The notes: generated by a model from the letters alone, not told the origin. A stretch of DNA of 64,000 nucleotides from an uncultured Candidatus Entotheonella sp. (GCA_965215335.1 CBDCDA010000001.1:384001-448000), one strand, 5' to 3'. Positions 9,732 through 20,500 are shown, numbered from the stretch's first letter. Numbers and translations are program-made.

Positions 9732-11639
9732 ATGAGTGGTAAGCGGTTGTTGCCCCTGGCGGCAGTTCTGGTTGTGCTGGTGATCGTGGCGCTGATGGTC
9801 AAACGTCAAGCGGCGCCGACGCGCCTGGTGGACGAGGTAGGCTGGGAACGTCTGACGCCGGATTCGCTGCGGGCGGCGGCGATCAGCGGGGTGGACCTGT
9901 ACCAAGGCAGTCAGCCGGCTCAGGTGCTGAGCCTGCGGCGGCAGGGAGACAGCTGGCAGGTGCCGAGTTACTTCAACGCCCCGGTACGGCCGGAAAGAAT
10001 CGAGGTGCTGCTGGAGCAGGTCCGTGACCTGGAGGGCGAGTTGCGCGCCGATCGCGCCGAGCTGCTGGGTGAGTTCGGCCTGGAGGAGGATCAAGCGCTG
10101 CACTTGCGCGTCTACGCCGATAATGAGACGGAACCGGCGCTTCACCTGCTGGCCGGCAAGGGCGGCCGACGGAGCGGTTTCGTGCGCTTGCTGGACGATT
10201 CGCGGGTGTACAACGTCGATCTGAACCTGCACAGCGTGGCCGGGCTGTGGGGCGAGAACCTCGGCAACGTGCCGGAAGCCCAAACGTGGTTGCAACTGCG
10301 GATGAACGATATTCCGAGTGAAGAGGTGGCGAGTCTGGAACTGGCGTCGCCACGTGGCCATTTCCGGTTCTCGCGCGCCGAAGCCGAGGCTGAGGCGGAA
10401 ACGAGGCGGCCATGGCGCGTAGAGGTGCCGGACGTCGACTACGAGGTGAGCCAGCAACGGCTCGATCGCCTCGCGGTGACTCTGGGCACGCTGCGTGCCG
10501 ACGACGTCGTCGATGGCAGCAACATGGCGGAATACGGGCTGGCGGACAGCGTTTACCGGGCCACTCTGACCGTGCAATCGGGTGACGAGGCGGCGCGCCG
10601 GGTGGGCCTGCGGTTCGGTCACGAAATTCCGGGTCCCGATATGGATGGCGCGCGTTACGCCAGTCTGGAGGGGAGCGAGACCGTTTACGCGGTGCCCGGT
10701 TGGTCGTTCCGGCAACTCTTTCCCAAGGGCAGGGCGCTGCTGAAGCTGCCGGGTCTGAGGCTGAAAAAGGACGATATGCGGCAGATTGCCTTGTTTTCCG
10801 CCGGCAACACGGTACGGCTGTCGCGCGCCGTCGCCGGGCCGGACGCGGCTGCGGAAGGGGAGGCGGGCACTTCGCCGGCTGCCTGGGAGACGGACGAGCC
10901 GTCGCTGGGCTTTGCAGTGAAGCAGGACGGCGTGGAAGCCCTGGCCGAATTCCTGGCACGCTTCGTGCCCGACGGCCTGGCACCAGCGAACGGCGCTGCC
11001 GTTCCCGCTGCCGATTCGGTGCCGCGAGTGGAGATTACCATGCAGGACGCCTCGCGCCACCTGATTCACCTGGCTGCCGAACCCGCCGTCCCGGCTGGAC
11101 AGGTCGTGTACGTCAGCGGTCAGGACCTCCCGTTCGTCATTGAAGACGCCACCCGCGCGGCGTTGTTTCCGGCGTTGGGCACCTTGATGGAACTACCCCT
11201 CCTGCCCATACAGCCGCAGGACGTCATCGGCCTGACCTGGCAGCAGGCGGACGGCGCCTGGACGCTGGCGCGCCGAGCCGATGCCGAGCCTGACGCCGAA
11301 ATGCCCGCTCCCTGGCAGTTTCCCGAGGCGCCCGAAACGCCCGTGAACGCCCAGGCGGTCAACGAACTCCTGGTTACCACCGCCGGTCTCGCTGCCGACG
11401 ACTGGTTCGAGACTCCGTCTGTTGCCGCACTCGATGACCCCCTCCTCGTGGTCACCCTGACCCGTAGCGACGGTGCTCGCGCTCGTATCACCGTCGGCCC
11501 GCCGCTCGCCGATTCTCAAGATCACTTCGCCCGCTTCGAAGGCGCCCCCGGCCTGTTCGTGCTGTCCTCCGACACCTACGGCAAGCTGACCGATGCCCTC
11601 GGCAAGGTTCGTCCCGACACGGGGCCTGCGGCGCCGTAG
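9732..11639 (+). CDS. DUF4340-like domain protein (usual Gld-type ABC partner)
   Basis: N-terminal TM anchor, repeated periplasmic units (EFGL, EYGL...TLTV..), and position directly after the GldG-like gene. Confidence 0.7.
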   Translation: MSGKRLLPLAAVLVVLVIVALMVKRQAAPTRLVDEVGWERLTPDSLRAAAISGVDLYQGSQPAQVLSLRRQGDSWQVPSYFNAPVRPERIEVLLEQVRDLEGELRADRAELLGEFGLEEDQALHLRVYADNETEPALHLLAGKGGRRSGFVRLLDDSRVYNVDLNLHSVAGLWGENLGNVPEAQTWLQLRMNDIPSEEVASLELASPRGHFRFSRAEAEAEAETRRPWRVEVPDVDYEVSQQRLDRLAVTLGTLRADDVVDGSNMAEYGLADSVYRATLTVQSGDEAARRVGLRFGHEIPGPDMDGARYASLEGSETVYAVPGWSFRQLFPKGRALLKLPGLRLKKDDMRQIALFSAGNTVRLSRAVAGPDAAAEGEAGTSPAAWETDEPSLGFAVKQDGVEALAEFLARFVPDGLAPANGAAVPAADSVPRVEITMQDASRHLIHLAAEPAVPAGQVVYVSGQDLPFVIEDATRAALFPALGTLMELPLLPIQPQDVIGLTWQQADGAWTLARRADAEPDAEMPAPWQFPEAPETPVNAQAVNELLVTTAGLAADDWFETPSVAALDDPLLVVTLTRSDGARARITVGPPLADSQDHFARFEGAPGLFVLSSDTYGKLTDALGKVRPDTGPAAP

Positions 11640-11760
11640 GTTGTCGTCTGCAATCGCACGGTCGTGGCATGCCTTTGCCGAGATAAGCCGTGCCTCGATT
11701 GCTTTGCCCAGCCGGTACTCCACGAGCGCCGACCAGCCCACGATATCGACAACGCGCACC

Positions 11761-12060
11761 AGTTGTGGTGTCGAATCTTCAGAGCCGTCAAGCCCTGGAG
11801 CGCTACAGGCGGCGATGGCAGATCGAGGTGCTCTTCGAGGCGCTCGAATCCAGAGGGTCCAACCTGGAAGCGACCCACTTGCGGGATGCCAAGCGTTTGG
11901 AGCCGTCAGCGCCGGCTTGTTGCTGGGCCTGTCAGGTGGGAACCTGGCGGCATGCGGTCAAGCCGGTTGCGCTCAAGACGCATCAGAGACCCGCGGAGAG
12001 CCTGTTTCGCCATGGCTTTGACGGCATTCGGCAAGCCGTTCTCGATTTGGGAGATCCGTG
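11761..12060 (+). mobile_element. IS4-family transposase C-terminal remnant
   Basis: ALERYRRRWQIEVLFEALESRGSNLEATHL matches the IS4 Y-(2)-R-(3)-E region, plus SLFRHGFD. No intact N-terminus. Confidence 0.75.
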
Positions 12061-12069
12061 CCATGGCGG

Positions 12070-12201
12070 CCTCCCGTCGTTCTTGGCGCGCCCCTGGCCC
12101 ACGGTGAATTTTGACGGGTCCGGTTCGCTTTCATCGCCACGAGGGGGCAGGCCCCTCATATAGGCTTGATAGTCAAACTCGGGTTCTGGCTCTGTATTCA
12201 T
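12070..12201 (-). pseudogene. Probable antitoxin N-terminal remnant (partner of the BrnT fragment)
   Basis: ATG 12201 overlaps the stop of the BrnT fragment (ATGA) with a GGAGG RBS. The reading frame runs into the IS4 remnant. Identity is inferred from position only. Confidence 0.35.
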
Positions 12202-12351
12202 GGAGCAACCTCCCTGTGGTTCTGCCCCACCGAATCTGCCATCTCGTATCCATTCGGGTCGTCAAACGCGAACCGCCTCATAAAACCGGACTTGGTGATT
12301 CTTTTGGACTTCCCGATATTTGTCCTCGTCCCAGACAAAGCCGATATCCAC
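12198..12351 (-). pseudogene. brnT: BrnT family toxin, frameshifted and truncated
   Basis: Manual translation: MDIGFVWDEDKYREVQKNHQVRFYEAV, then after a frameshift FDDPNGYE, matching the BrnT F.WD..K...N..KH...F.EA..VF.DP pattern. Confidence 0.65.
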
Positions 12352-12407
12352 GCTACGGACCCCATGCCATCCTTATATCCCGCCTCATATCCCGCCTCGG
12401 CCGCGAT

Positions 12408-12462
12408 TCAGATATCTTCCTCACGCCGTCAGTCCGTAGAACGCATAGATCAGTCGCTCAAT
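12408..12462 (-). pseudogene. Relic C-terminal helix of a type IIG R-M enzyme
   Basis: Manual translation IERLIYAFYGLTA/EEDI (one extra base) resembles the ID.LVY.LYGLT.EEI terminus of TaqI-C/type IIG proteins. Lies just past the stop of the current MTase gene. Confidence 0.5.
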
Positions 12463-12536
12463 CCGCACGGACGCAGGGTCTGTGCCAAAGACCGTGATGA
12501 TTGGGAATTGGGCGGGAAACCGTTCGACCTTTTCAG

Positions 12537-15500
12537 TCAGCTTTGCGGACGGGACGCTTGACCTGCCCCGGCTCTGGACGTCCGAAAAGACACCTGTTCT
12601 ATCAAGGTTTTTCTGATGTCCTCCTGCTTGTCAGCGAATCCGAGGCAACTGGCAACCATTTCGTCGATGAACAGGTGCTCTCTTGTGAAGACTTCTTCGC
12701 GGACTGGCAGGGGCTTCCGGTATTGGATGTCCTTGAAGACTTGCTTTGCTTCCGCGGCAAAATCGAAGTCGAAATTCATCGGCAGTACCTTCATTTCGGT
12801 CGCCTCGGCTTTGAGCATGCCACCTCCCAGGTTTTTCCGGCCCGTGATTTCACGGAACAGCCATACCAGAGAGGAGTTCAGATAGGCCCAGAGACAATAG
12901 TGGATGTCTGTGTCCCAAAGTTCCGTGGGCAAATATAACTCGACATGGCTGTATGAATACGCTTTGCATCGATTGAAGGTGCAATAATACCGATTTCCTA
13001 TGCCACGCGGCATAATGAGCGCTGGCACCTTGCCAGTTCTACTGTCTCCCACTTCACGTTCACGTATCATGCCGTCTGTTGAAGTGGCAACAAAATCCGA
13101 ATCTTTCACGATAACCGGAACAGTAGCCTCCATGTCATTCAACGCCGCCTTGGGAAAGTTCAAGCCTTGGCCAACTGAGAACTGATTCCCCTTTCGCGAT
13201 ATGGACCGCAGTCTTTCCAGGATGTGCGCGTAAAACTGCGGCATCGAAAAGACATGCCCCCACTTCATTCCCTGCTTCGCCGTAATGGTTCTGACCGGGG
13301 TAACCGTCATGCCAGCATCCGCGACACCATACGCTATCTTGTCGAGTGGTTTCCTTGTGAACATGGTGATAACCGCATTTATGTTCTGACTCTTGACATC
13401 GGAGAAAAACTTGGCGGACGTGTCTATGATTCTCTCGAACGAGAACCTTCCAAGCGAAAAGTCTTGGAATTTCTTGCCATAATCAGTGCTGAGCCAAGCG
13501 TTCTGCGTTATGAAGCAGCCAATGCCGCCTTGGCTGAGAAACTTCACTGAACGGGGGTAGAAGTAAACGAGCAGGTCACTACCACGCGGCAGGGTATCTC
13601 CCCAATCAACCCAAACTTGTGAGCGGTAGACCTCTTTTAGTTCAGGAGTCAGCAGGCTATTCCTTGCCTCCACATACGGCGGGTTGCCGATAACCACATC
13701 GAAGCCACCGTCCACGCCGAACATGTACTCGGCGTCGAACCAGTCGGCCTTGGCGTTCTGGTCGTAGGGATCCCACCGCGCGATTTTGCTGGCGTCATCT
13801 TCGGGAAGCCCGGCGGCATGTAACGTTTCCGCCAGCTCTTGACGCAATTTCCCGTCTTCGTTCCTGCACATCCGTTTTTCCCGGCGTGTAGTGGCGTGAA
13901 AGTGCCGCTCGCGGTTTTCCGCCAGTTTCGTTTTCAGGGTCTCGATCCGCTGGCGAAACAGGTCGAGCTGGGCGAGTGGCTTGAGATGCAGCAGGGCATC
14001 CGCGGCCACGAAGCGCGTCTCCAGATTCGGCAACGGCTTGATGCCGAAGTTCCTGGCGTCTCGGTCCGGCTCCTGTTCAATCGCCAGCGAGATGAAAAAG
14101 CGCAGCCTGGCGATCTGGCAGGCGATAGGCTGGACGTCGACGCCAAAGATGCTGTTCTGAATCAGGTACAGCTTGCGCCCGAAGTCTGAATCGCGGTAGC
14201 GCTCGAACGTATGGCTGATGTCGGCCAGTTCGTCATCGTGCTCTTGCCGGGTTGGCGCATCAAAGGCTGCCGCTGCCCGCCTCATGGCCCGCTCCCTTTG
14301 CACAGTTTTCCAATGCTCGTTGTGCGGGTCGAGTCGTTTCAGCGCCAGGGTCAGCTTGTGCAGGACGCCCATGGGGAAGGCGCCGGAACCCACCGCCGGG
14401 TCCAGCACCTTGAGTTCGGCGATGGCGCAGACCAGTCCCGCGACTTCCTCTGCGTCGAACAGATCATGGGCGTCGTTGAACGCCGCCGCATAATCCAGCA
14501 GGTAGCGCAACCGATCCTGCCAGAACTCCAGGCCGCCGACGGTCGGCTGGCATGTCTGCGCCAGCGTCGCCACCAGCGCCTCGTCCACCATGTAGTCCAC
14601 GACGACGCGCGGCGTGTAGTACGAGCCGGTCTGTTTGCGGGCGGTTTGTCGGGTTTCCGGGTTCCAGGCGGCCAGCAGGTTCTCGAACACCTTGCCCAGA
14701 AGCTCCGGGTCCAGGGCGACTTCCTGCTCGACCGGCGTGTTTTCCTCCACCGTGAACTTGTAGCGGTCGAACAGGGTAATCAGCCCGTTATCGTCAAAAA
14801 ACAGGCGGTTGGGGATGGACAGGAGACCGTAATCCTTGCTTCTGGGATTCGTCACGTTGTCCGTGAAGCAGTCCATGCGGTAACCGCCGTCTGTCTTAGC
14901 TTCTTCGCTGTCCAGGCAATCAAACAGGCCGCCGTTGATGAACGGCGTTCGGGCGAACAAGGCCAGCAGCTTCTCCGGGTCAGCCATCTCCCGTTCGTAC
15001 CGGTACAACGAAAAATTCCGGTGGGTGGCATTTTTCACCCGGCTGAAACCGCGCTTGTCCGTCTCGGTGTTCAGGGTGGCGAAGAACAGGTTTTGCAACA
15101 CGGCACGGTAGTAGGAATCGCCTCTCACGTCGTAGTCGTTCAGCAGGCGGTTGACCTGCCCCTCGACGAACAGGTCGCCAGCGATCAATCCCTTTTCTTT
15201 CATGAACCAGACGAACAGCAGGCGGGTGATCAGACGGATCAGGTGCTCTTGCGGCGACAGGGTCGTGGCCTGATCGGTGGGGAACGCGGCTTCTTCGCCG
15301 GCGCGCCCGAACCAGCCGGACAGCTCCCGGTAGAACCGTCGATTCAGTTCTTCGGTGTCCAGCGCGTCCAGCCAGGCGGCCAGCAGGCCGTCGAAATTGA
15401 CCGGCTTGCCGTGCGCTTCCATCCAGGCCAACCGATTGGCCAGTGCGAGGTCTTCCAGAATGTCCAGATGGGCGCGATGCGGGCTGGCCGGATCGATCTC

Positions 15501-16019
15501 GCGGACCAGCGACACGCTGCCGAGTACGTCGCGGTTCGGGTCGTGCTTGTGGGGTCGGCGATGCACGAAGGCGAGGGTGAGCAGGTTGGCGGCGGTCTTG
15601 AGCAACACCACCGTCGGCATGGGAAACGGCTTGTTGATCTCGCGGGTAAACTGTGCGTAGCGCCCGCGGGAATAGTGCTGCCCCTTCAGCGCCGCGGCGA
15701 TGAACAGGAAGCTGCTGGCGTTGCCATCATCGAAGCGGCCGGTGTCGATCAAAGAGCGTTGCCCCGAGGCGGCAACCTCCGCGTCGGTGACCTGAAAGAC
15801 AACGCGCGTGGACACCGCCTGCTCAAGCAACGTCTGTTTTTGACTGGTATCAGGCATCTCGCCGAACAAGGCGGCCGGGTCGCCCGTCTGCCCGGGCAGT
15901 GTGCGCTCGCTGCGATAGCCCAACACCTCCAGCAGGTCGTGCGCCACGGCGTGGAATGCGTCTTTCGGCAGGCGTCGCAGAACGTCCTGAATGCGGTTTG
16001 CGGTGTCCTGCCAGGTCAT
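12537..16019 (-). CDS. Eco57I/type IIG-like N6-adenine DNA methyltransferase with C-terminal target-recognition region
   Basis: GSYYTP, motif I LDPAVGSGAF, IFGVD, PLPNLE, motif IV VIGNPPY, LLGKVFENLL. Confidence 0.9.
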   Translation of the reverse strand: MTWQDTANRIQDVLRRLPKDAFHAVAHDLLEVLGYRSERTLPGQTGDPAALFGEMPDTSQKQTLLEQAVSTRVVFQVTDAEVAASGQRSLIDTGRFDDGNASSFLFIAAALKGQHYSRGRYAQFTREINKPFPMPTVVLLKTAANLLTLAFVHRRPHKHDPNRDVLGSVSLVREIDPASPHRAHLDILEDLALANRLAWMEAHGKPVNFDGLLAAWLDALDTEELNRRFYRELSGWFGRAGEEAAFPTDQATTLSPQEHLIRLITRLLFVWFMKEKGLIAGDLFVEGQVNRLLNDYDVRGDSYYRAVLQNLFFATLNTETDKRGFSRVKNATHRNFSLYRYEREMADPEKLLALFARTPFINGGLFDCLDSEEAKTDGGYRMDCFTDNVTNPRSKDYGLLSIPNRLFFDDNGLITLFDRYKFTVEENTPVEQEVALDPELLGKVFENLLAAWNPETRQTARKQTGSYYTPRVVVDYMVDEALVATLAQTCQPTVGGLEFWQDRLRYLLDYAAAFNDAHDLFDAEEVAGLVCAIAELKVLDPAVGSGAFPMGVLHKLTLALKRLDPHNEHWKTVQRERAMRRAAAAFDAPTRQEHDDELADISHTFERYRDSDFGRKLYLIQNSIFGVDVQPIACQIARLRFFISLAIEQEPDRDARNFGIKPLPNLETRFVAADALLHLKPLAQLDLFRQRIETLKTKLAENRERHFHATTRREKRMCRNEDGKLRQELAETLHAAGLPEDDASKIARWDPYDQNAKADWFDAEYMFGVDGGFDVVIGNPPYVEARNSLLTPELKEVYRSQVWVDWGDTLPRGSDLLVYFYPRSVKFLSQGGIGCFITQNAWLSTDYGKKFQDFSLGRFSFERIIDTSAKFFSDVKSQNINAVITMFTRKPLDKIAYGVADAGMTVTPVRTITAKQGMKWGHVFSMPQFYAHILERLRSISRKGNQFSVGQGLNFPKAALNDMEATVPVIVKDSDFVATSTDGMIREREVGDSRTGKVPALIMPRGIGNRYYCTFNRCKAYSYSHVELYLPTELWDTDIHYCLWAYLNSSLVWLFREITGRKNLGGGMLKAEATEMKVLPMNFDFDFAAEAKQVFKDIQYRKPLPVREEVFTREHLFIDEMVASCLGFADKQEDIRKTLIEQVSFRTSRAGAGQASRPQS

Positions 16020-16103
16020 GGTGGGTTCTTTCCTGCCTGCCCGATCAGATGGGAGAAGGGGCCTGGTTTCATTTCGTTCAGTGGCGATGGTAATGGGTAT
16101 CCA

Positions 16104-16490
16104 TCAGAGTGCCTGGATGGGGCCGGGATAGCGAACGACCTTGTCGTCGGTGGTTAGCAGCGTGATATTTTCCACTCGTGCCTGTGCTATGAGCATGCGG
16201 TCGAAGGGGTCATTGTGAATGGGTGGCAGAAGGCCAACGGTGAGTGCGTGTCGGGATCGAATGGCAAGTTCGCTGTAACCGTTTTGTATCAGGCCGTCTC
16301 GCAATTGCCGGGGTTCAACGCGAAAGTCACTTCTGCCGAGCGCGTTTTTGATGACGACCTCCCAGATGCTTACGGTACTGAACATCAACTTTGTGGTGGG
16401 GTTGCCGAGAAGGGCCTGGGATTCTGAGGTGAGCCGTCCGGGGTCACTCGCCACCCACAGCAACAGATGGGTATCCAGCAAAAATGTCAT
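16104..16490 (-). CDS. vapC: PIN-domain toxin (VapC family)
   Basis: LLDTHLLLW, S..SIWE..IK..LG, H.DPFDRMLIAQA..E...LLT.D. Confidence 0.93.
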   Translation of the reverse strand: MTFLLDTHLLLWVASDPGRLTSESQALLGNPTTKLMFSTVSIWEVVIKNALGRSDFRVEPRQLRDGLIQNGYSELAIRSRHALTVGLLPPIHNDPFDRMLIAQARVENITLLTTDDKVVRYPGPIQAL

Positions 16491-16491
16491 G

Positions 16492-17406
16492 CTACCCTCC
16501 GAACATCTTCTCTATTTCAGAATCGCCCATACTGTCGAAGTCGTCCGGGACTTCGATTTGTCCGGCCATGAAACCCAAGCGAGATGCAACCGTTTCGTCC
16601 GCAGGTTCAAAGCCAAACTCGCGCCGCAGACGGCCGTAGGCATCTTGTGCCTCGGGACAGCCCCTTGCGACAGCCTCCCGTAGCTGCTTCAAGTCCGCCC
16701 CGCTGTAGAGGAGGTCCACCGTATCGGCAATAAAATCCTGGATATGAGGCTCTCTCACGTCCTGCTGTACAGCCCACCGCCAGAACTTCGCCATGCGTTC
16801 ATCGCCAGGATGGCTGTAATCCCCCGGTTGCAGACCTGCAACTGCCCAGGACTTGCCTAAACGGAGGTCGGGATTCACGGAATCCTGATAAGACCATATT
16901 CGTAGTCCTGCCATGAGGGCCGCACAAATAAATGCCCCATTGGAGGTGTAGCGGTCACGCCTTGTTGTGCCTCCGTTTTCCTCGCGATATTTGTCCATCT
17001 CGTGTAAATACGATTCGACTTCGTGCTTGAGGGCATAGCTCGAACGTTTGCGCGGGGCCGGTCCATTGAAGCGACGTGCCCAGCCACACCCCTTCAAGCG
17101 ATAGCCGAGAGACACCCGGGCTTCTACAAAGTACTCCAGCGTGTTGCGAATACCCTTCTCATGCCGTCCGCCTGTCCGCAACTCATCTCGTGCCGCCTCC
17201 AAATTGTCGGGAATATGCTCGGTCTCCCAACGCCCCAGGGGCTTGCCATCTGCCGAAAGAATGCGACGGCGGCGACGGACTTGTCCCAGGCCATGTGAAT
17301 TGAGCAAGGGATAGGTTGCCAAAACCCGCTCACGTTCCGAGTCAAAAAAACCCGAGTCCGAAAGCAATCTGGCCACCTTTAACCAAAAGTGATGGGTTTT
17401 AGTCAT
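16492..17406 (-). CDS. Chimeric putative antitoxin: unknown ~270-aa N-terminal region plus Phd/VapB-type toxin-binding tail
   Basis: C-terminus RLGFMAGQIEVPDDFDSMGDSEIEKMFGG is typical of antitoxins of this PIN subfamily. Stop is 1 nt before the vapC ATG. GGGAG RBS. Confidence 0.65.
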   Translation of the reverse strand: MTKTHHFWLKVARLLSDSGFFDSERERVLATYPLLNSHGLGQVRRRRRILSADGKPLGRWETEHIPDNLEAARDELRTGGRHEKGIRNTLEYFVEARVSLGYRLKGCGWARRFNGPAPRKRSSYALKHEVESYLHEMDKYREENGGTTRRDRYTSNGAFICAALMAGLRIWSYQDSVNPDLRLGKSWAVAGLQPGDYSHPGDERMAKFWRWAVQQDVREPHIQDFIADTVDLLYSGADLKQLREAVARGCPEAQDAYGRLRREFGFEPADETVASRLGFMAGQIEVPDDFDSMGDSEIEKMFGG

Positions 17407-17414
17407 GAAAAACT

Positions 17415-17441
17415 CCCTGTATTTAGACTAAATGCCCTGTA
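17415..17441. promoter_or_regulatory. Palindromic operator candidate upstream of the antitoxin-like gene
   Basis: ATTTAG-A-CTAAAT inverted repeat at 17421-17433, flanked by direct repeats CCCTGTA (17415, 17435), immediately 5' of the RBS. Confidence 0.45.
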
Positions 17442-17558
17442 ATTTGATCAAGTAGAGAAAATACGGATGCTTGCTCGATTTGTCAAAAGAGCCGCAGCTT
17501 TTACTCGGTTGAGGTGTGCCTGATCTGTCTTGAAAATCGTGCCCGAATTCCTGTGGTT

Positions 17559-20500
17559 TCACGGTCGATTCAGATCGTTGACGACCAGCCACGTCACCAG
17601 CTCGAAATTGTCGGCGCGGGGAGACTCGCCGGCGGTGGGGAGGGTGGCGCCGCGGTTGCCTGGCTCTTTCAGCGCGTTCAGTTGCGTGCGGACGTGCATT
17701 TGACTGACGTGCCTGAGGACGTTGTTCAGCAGTTCGTCGTAGCGCGCCATGTCGCGGCCGTTGTCGGTTTCCGCGTTGAACCGGTCGCACAGGCTGCGGA
17801 TGGCATCGGTTTTCCCGGCTGTCGCCGCCTCGAACGCTTCCAACACCTGCCGGGCGTTGGCGCAGCCGAAGCGGACGTACCCATCGTGGCCGACGTGGAC
17901 GGCATGGAATGGGTGAATGGGGCTGGCGATTCGCTGCCCCGGCCTGGGCGCCGTGCTGGCGTTCAGCTGGCGCAGGAAGAAGATGACGCCGGGACCGGCA
18001 GGACCGTCGGCGGGTTCGGTCACCGCATAGGCGCCGATCGGGGTGGCCTCCAGTTCATTGCGGTTCTTTTCCAGATACCGCAACAGTTGGGCGAAGAAGT
18101 AGTCCAGCGTGAAGTCGCTCATCGCCGGGGTGTCGTCCGGGCCGTCCAGGTCCAGGATTTCTTCGCGCAGCTTGAGCAATTGCCGGTCGCGGAAATCCAG
18201 TTCCAACCGGGCGTCGTCTTCGGTGAACGGGTCCTCGTCGCCGCTCGCCGCCATGTCCGCCAGCGCCATCCGCGCCTGGACGCGGCTCTTCAGACGCAGG
18301 TAGGCATCCATGTCGCGGGTGGGCCAGTAATTCAGCATGCCGACCGCGCGGCTGCGGCTGCCCATGCGGTCGATACGCCCGAAGCGCTGGATGAGCCGCA
18401 CCGGATTCCAGTGGATGTCGTAGTTCAGAACGGTGTCGCAGTCTTGCAGGTTCTGCCCCTCGGAGATGCAGTCGGTGGCGATCAGCAGGTCGATCTCGCC
18501 CGTCTCGGCGTCCGCGCGGCCCCGGGCACGCGGGGCGAAGTGGGTGAGGATGGCGTTGAAATGGTTGGGACCGCAGGTGGTGCGGGTCTCGTCGCCGGAC
18601 ACCATCGCCAGATGCAGGCCCAGATCCTGTGCCAGGCCGGACAGGTTGTCGTACAGGTATTGCGCCGTGTCCTTGAAGGTGGTGAACACCAGAAGCTTGC
18701 GGTTGGGCTTGCCGTCCTGGTCGATGGACGGGTGCTCGGCCTTGCGCCGGATGGCCTGTTTGATCTCGTGCAGCTTGCCGTCGCGCGCCGGCGTGACGGC
18801 GGCAATTCTGTCGTGCGCCGCCCGCAGGGTTTCGCGGTCGCGCCGCAAATCTTGCTTCCAGCGGCTCAGGTCGAGTTCCCGCAAGTGGTAGGGATGCCGC
18901 GCCCGGTTGATGAAGAACTCCTCGTCGTCCTCATCCGCTTCCGGCTGGACGTCCACCTCGCCGTTGCCTGAAGCCGCGTTGTTTTCGTAGCGTTCGATCT
19001 GCTCCAGCAGGCCGTCGATCTTGCCGATGGTGCGGCTCAGGGTCAGGGTCAACGAGTGGGCGGAGCTTTCCAGCCGCTTCAGGAAGTTGGTGCGCATCAC
19101 GGCGGTCAGAAAGCGCTCACGGTCGGCCTGGTTGAAATTCCTGGTTTTCTTCTCGTCCGCCAGCTGTTGCCGCCGGGCTTCATCCACCAGATAGACAGAC
19201 GGGCGATAGACGGACAGGGCGAAGCGGTCGATCTGCTCCGCCAGAGCTTGATACGAAAGCTCGCCGTCGCGGTCGGTAGGCGGGTAGCGGTTGTCGGGCG
19301 AGGCATGGTCCGGGAACCGGCCGATGCGTTCCAGCTCGTCGGCGTAGAACGTCTTGATCTGTCGCCGGGAGCGGGCGATGGACACCGCGTCCTGCAAGCG
19401 CAGGAAATCCGCACCGAGGCTTTCCAGCAGCTTTGCCTTGTCGCGCTGGCCCTGTCGAGCACGGGTTTCCCACTGTTTGAACTGACGCTGCGCGGCGTTC
19501 AGCAGTTGGCCGATGTCGCGGATGCCGAGGCGTTCCCGGAAGGCGTCGTCGCGTCTTTCGGTCATCAGGTAAATCTGGTTGCGCAGGTCGATCAGGGAGG
19601 TATTGACCGGGGTTGCCGACAGCATCAGGACCTTCGTTCGGACGCCGTCCTTGATCACTTTCTCCAGAAGCCGCGAGTAGCGGCTGTGCTGCCATTCGCC
19701 CTTGTCGTTCGTATAGGGCCTGCGGTCGTTGCGGAAGTTGTGGGATTCGTCGATGACGATGAGTTTGAAGCTGGACCAGTTGAAGCTGGCCAGGTCAACG
19801 CCGTCCGCCGTGCCGGTGTTGCGGGAGATGTCCGTATGCGACAGCAGCGTGTAGCCGAAGCGGTCGGCGGCGAAGGGATTGTGGCGCTGGGCGTTGTGCA
19901 CCGGATAGAGCGCCCAGTTCTCGCGCAGCTTTTTGGGGCAGAGCACCAGGACGTTGTCGTTCTGGAGCTCGAAGTATTTGACGACGGCAAGCGCGGTCCA
20001 GGTCTTACCCAGCCCGACGCTGTCGGCCAGAATGCAGCCGCCTTGTGCTTTCAGACGGTTGATGATGCTGATAGCGCCATCTTTCTGGAAGCTGTACAGG
20101 GCTTGCCAGACTTGGGTGTCGTAGAGGTGCACGTCGGCCAGTTGCCGCTCGCCGTCTCGCCGCGCCTCGACGTCGGTGCGGAAGAGCTCGTAGAGGGTTT
20201 TGTAATAGACGAGTTCCGGGGCGTGCTCCTTGCCGAGGCGGTTCAGGACGTCGAGCACGTCCTGCTTGACGTCGCGGGTCATGTCGTCGTCCGTCCACAG
20301 GTCGTCGAACCATTCCCGCAGCTCGGTATGGGTGGCCGCGTCCGGGGTCGCCAGATTGATTTCCAGGTTGGCGCCGGCGCCACAGCCCAGCCCGCTGCGG
20401 GTGAAGTTGGAACTGCCGACGACGGAGGCCCGGTGGTTTTCGGACTCGGCAAGGTACATCTTGCCGTGCAGGAAGTTGGTCTTGCCGATCGAGCGGATGC

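Noticed and set aside
6200..11639. Gliding motility function for the Gld-like ABC operon
   Set aside because: This ABC family is widespread in non-gliding bacteria and no other motility genes are present.
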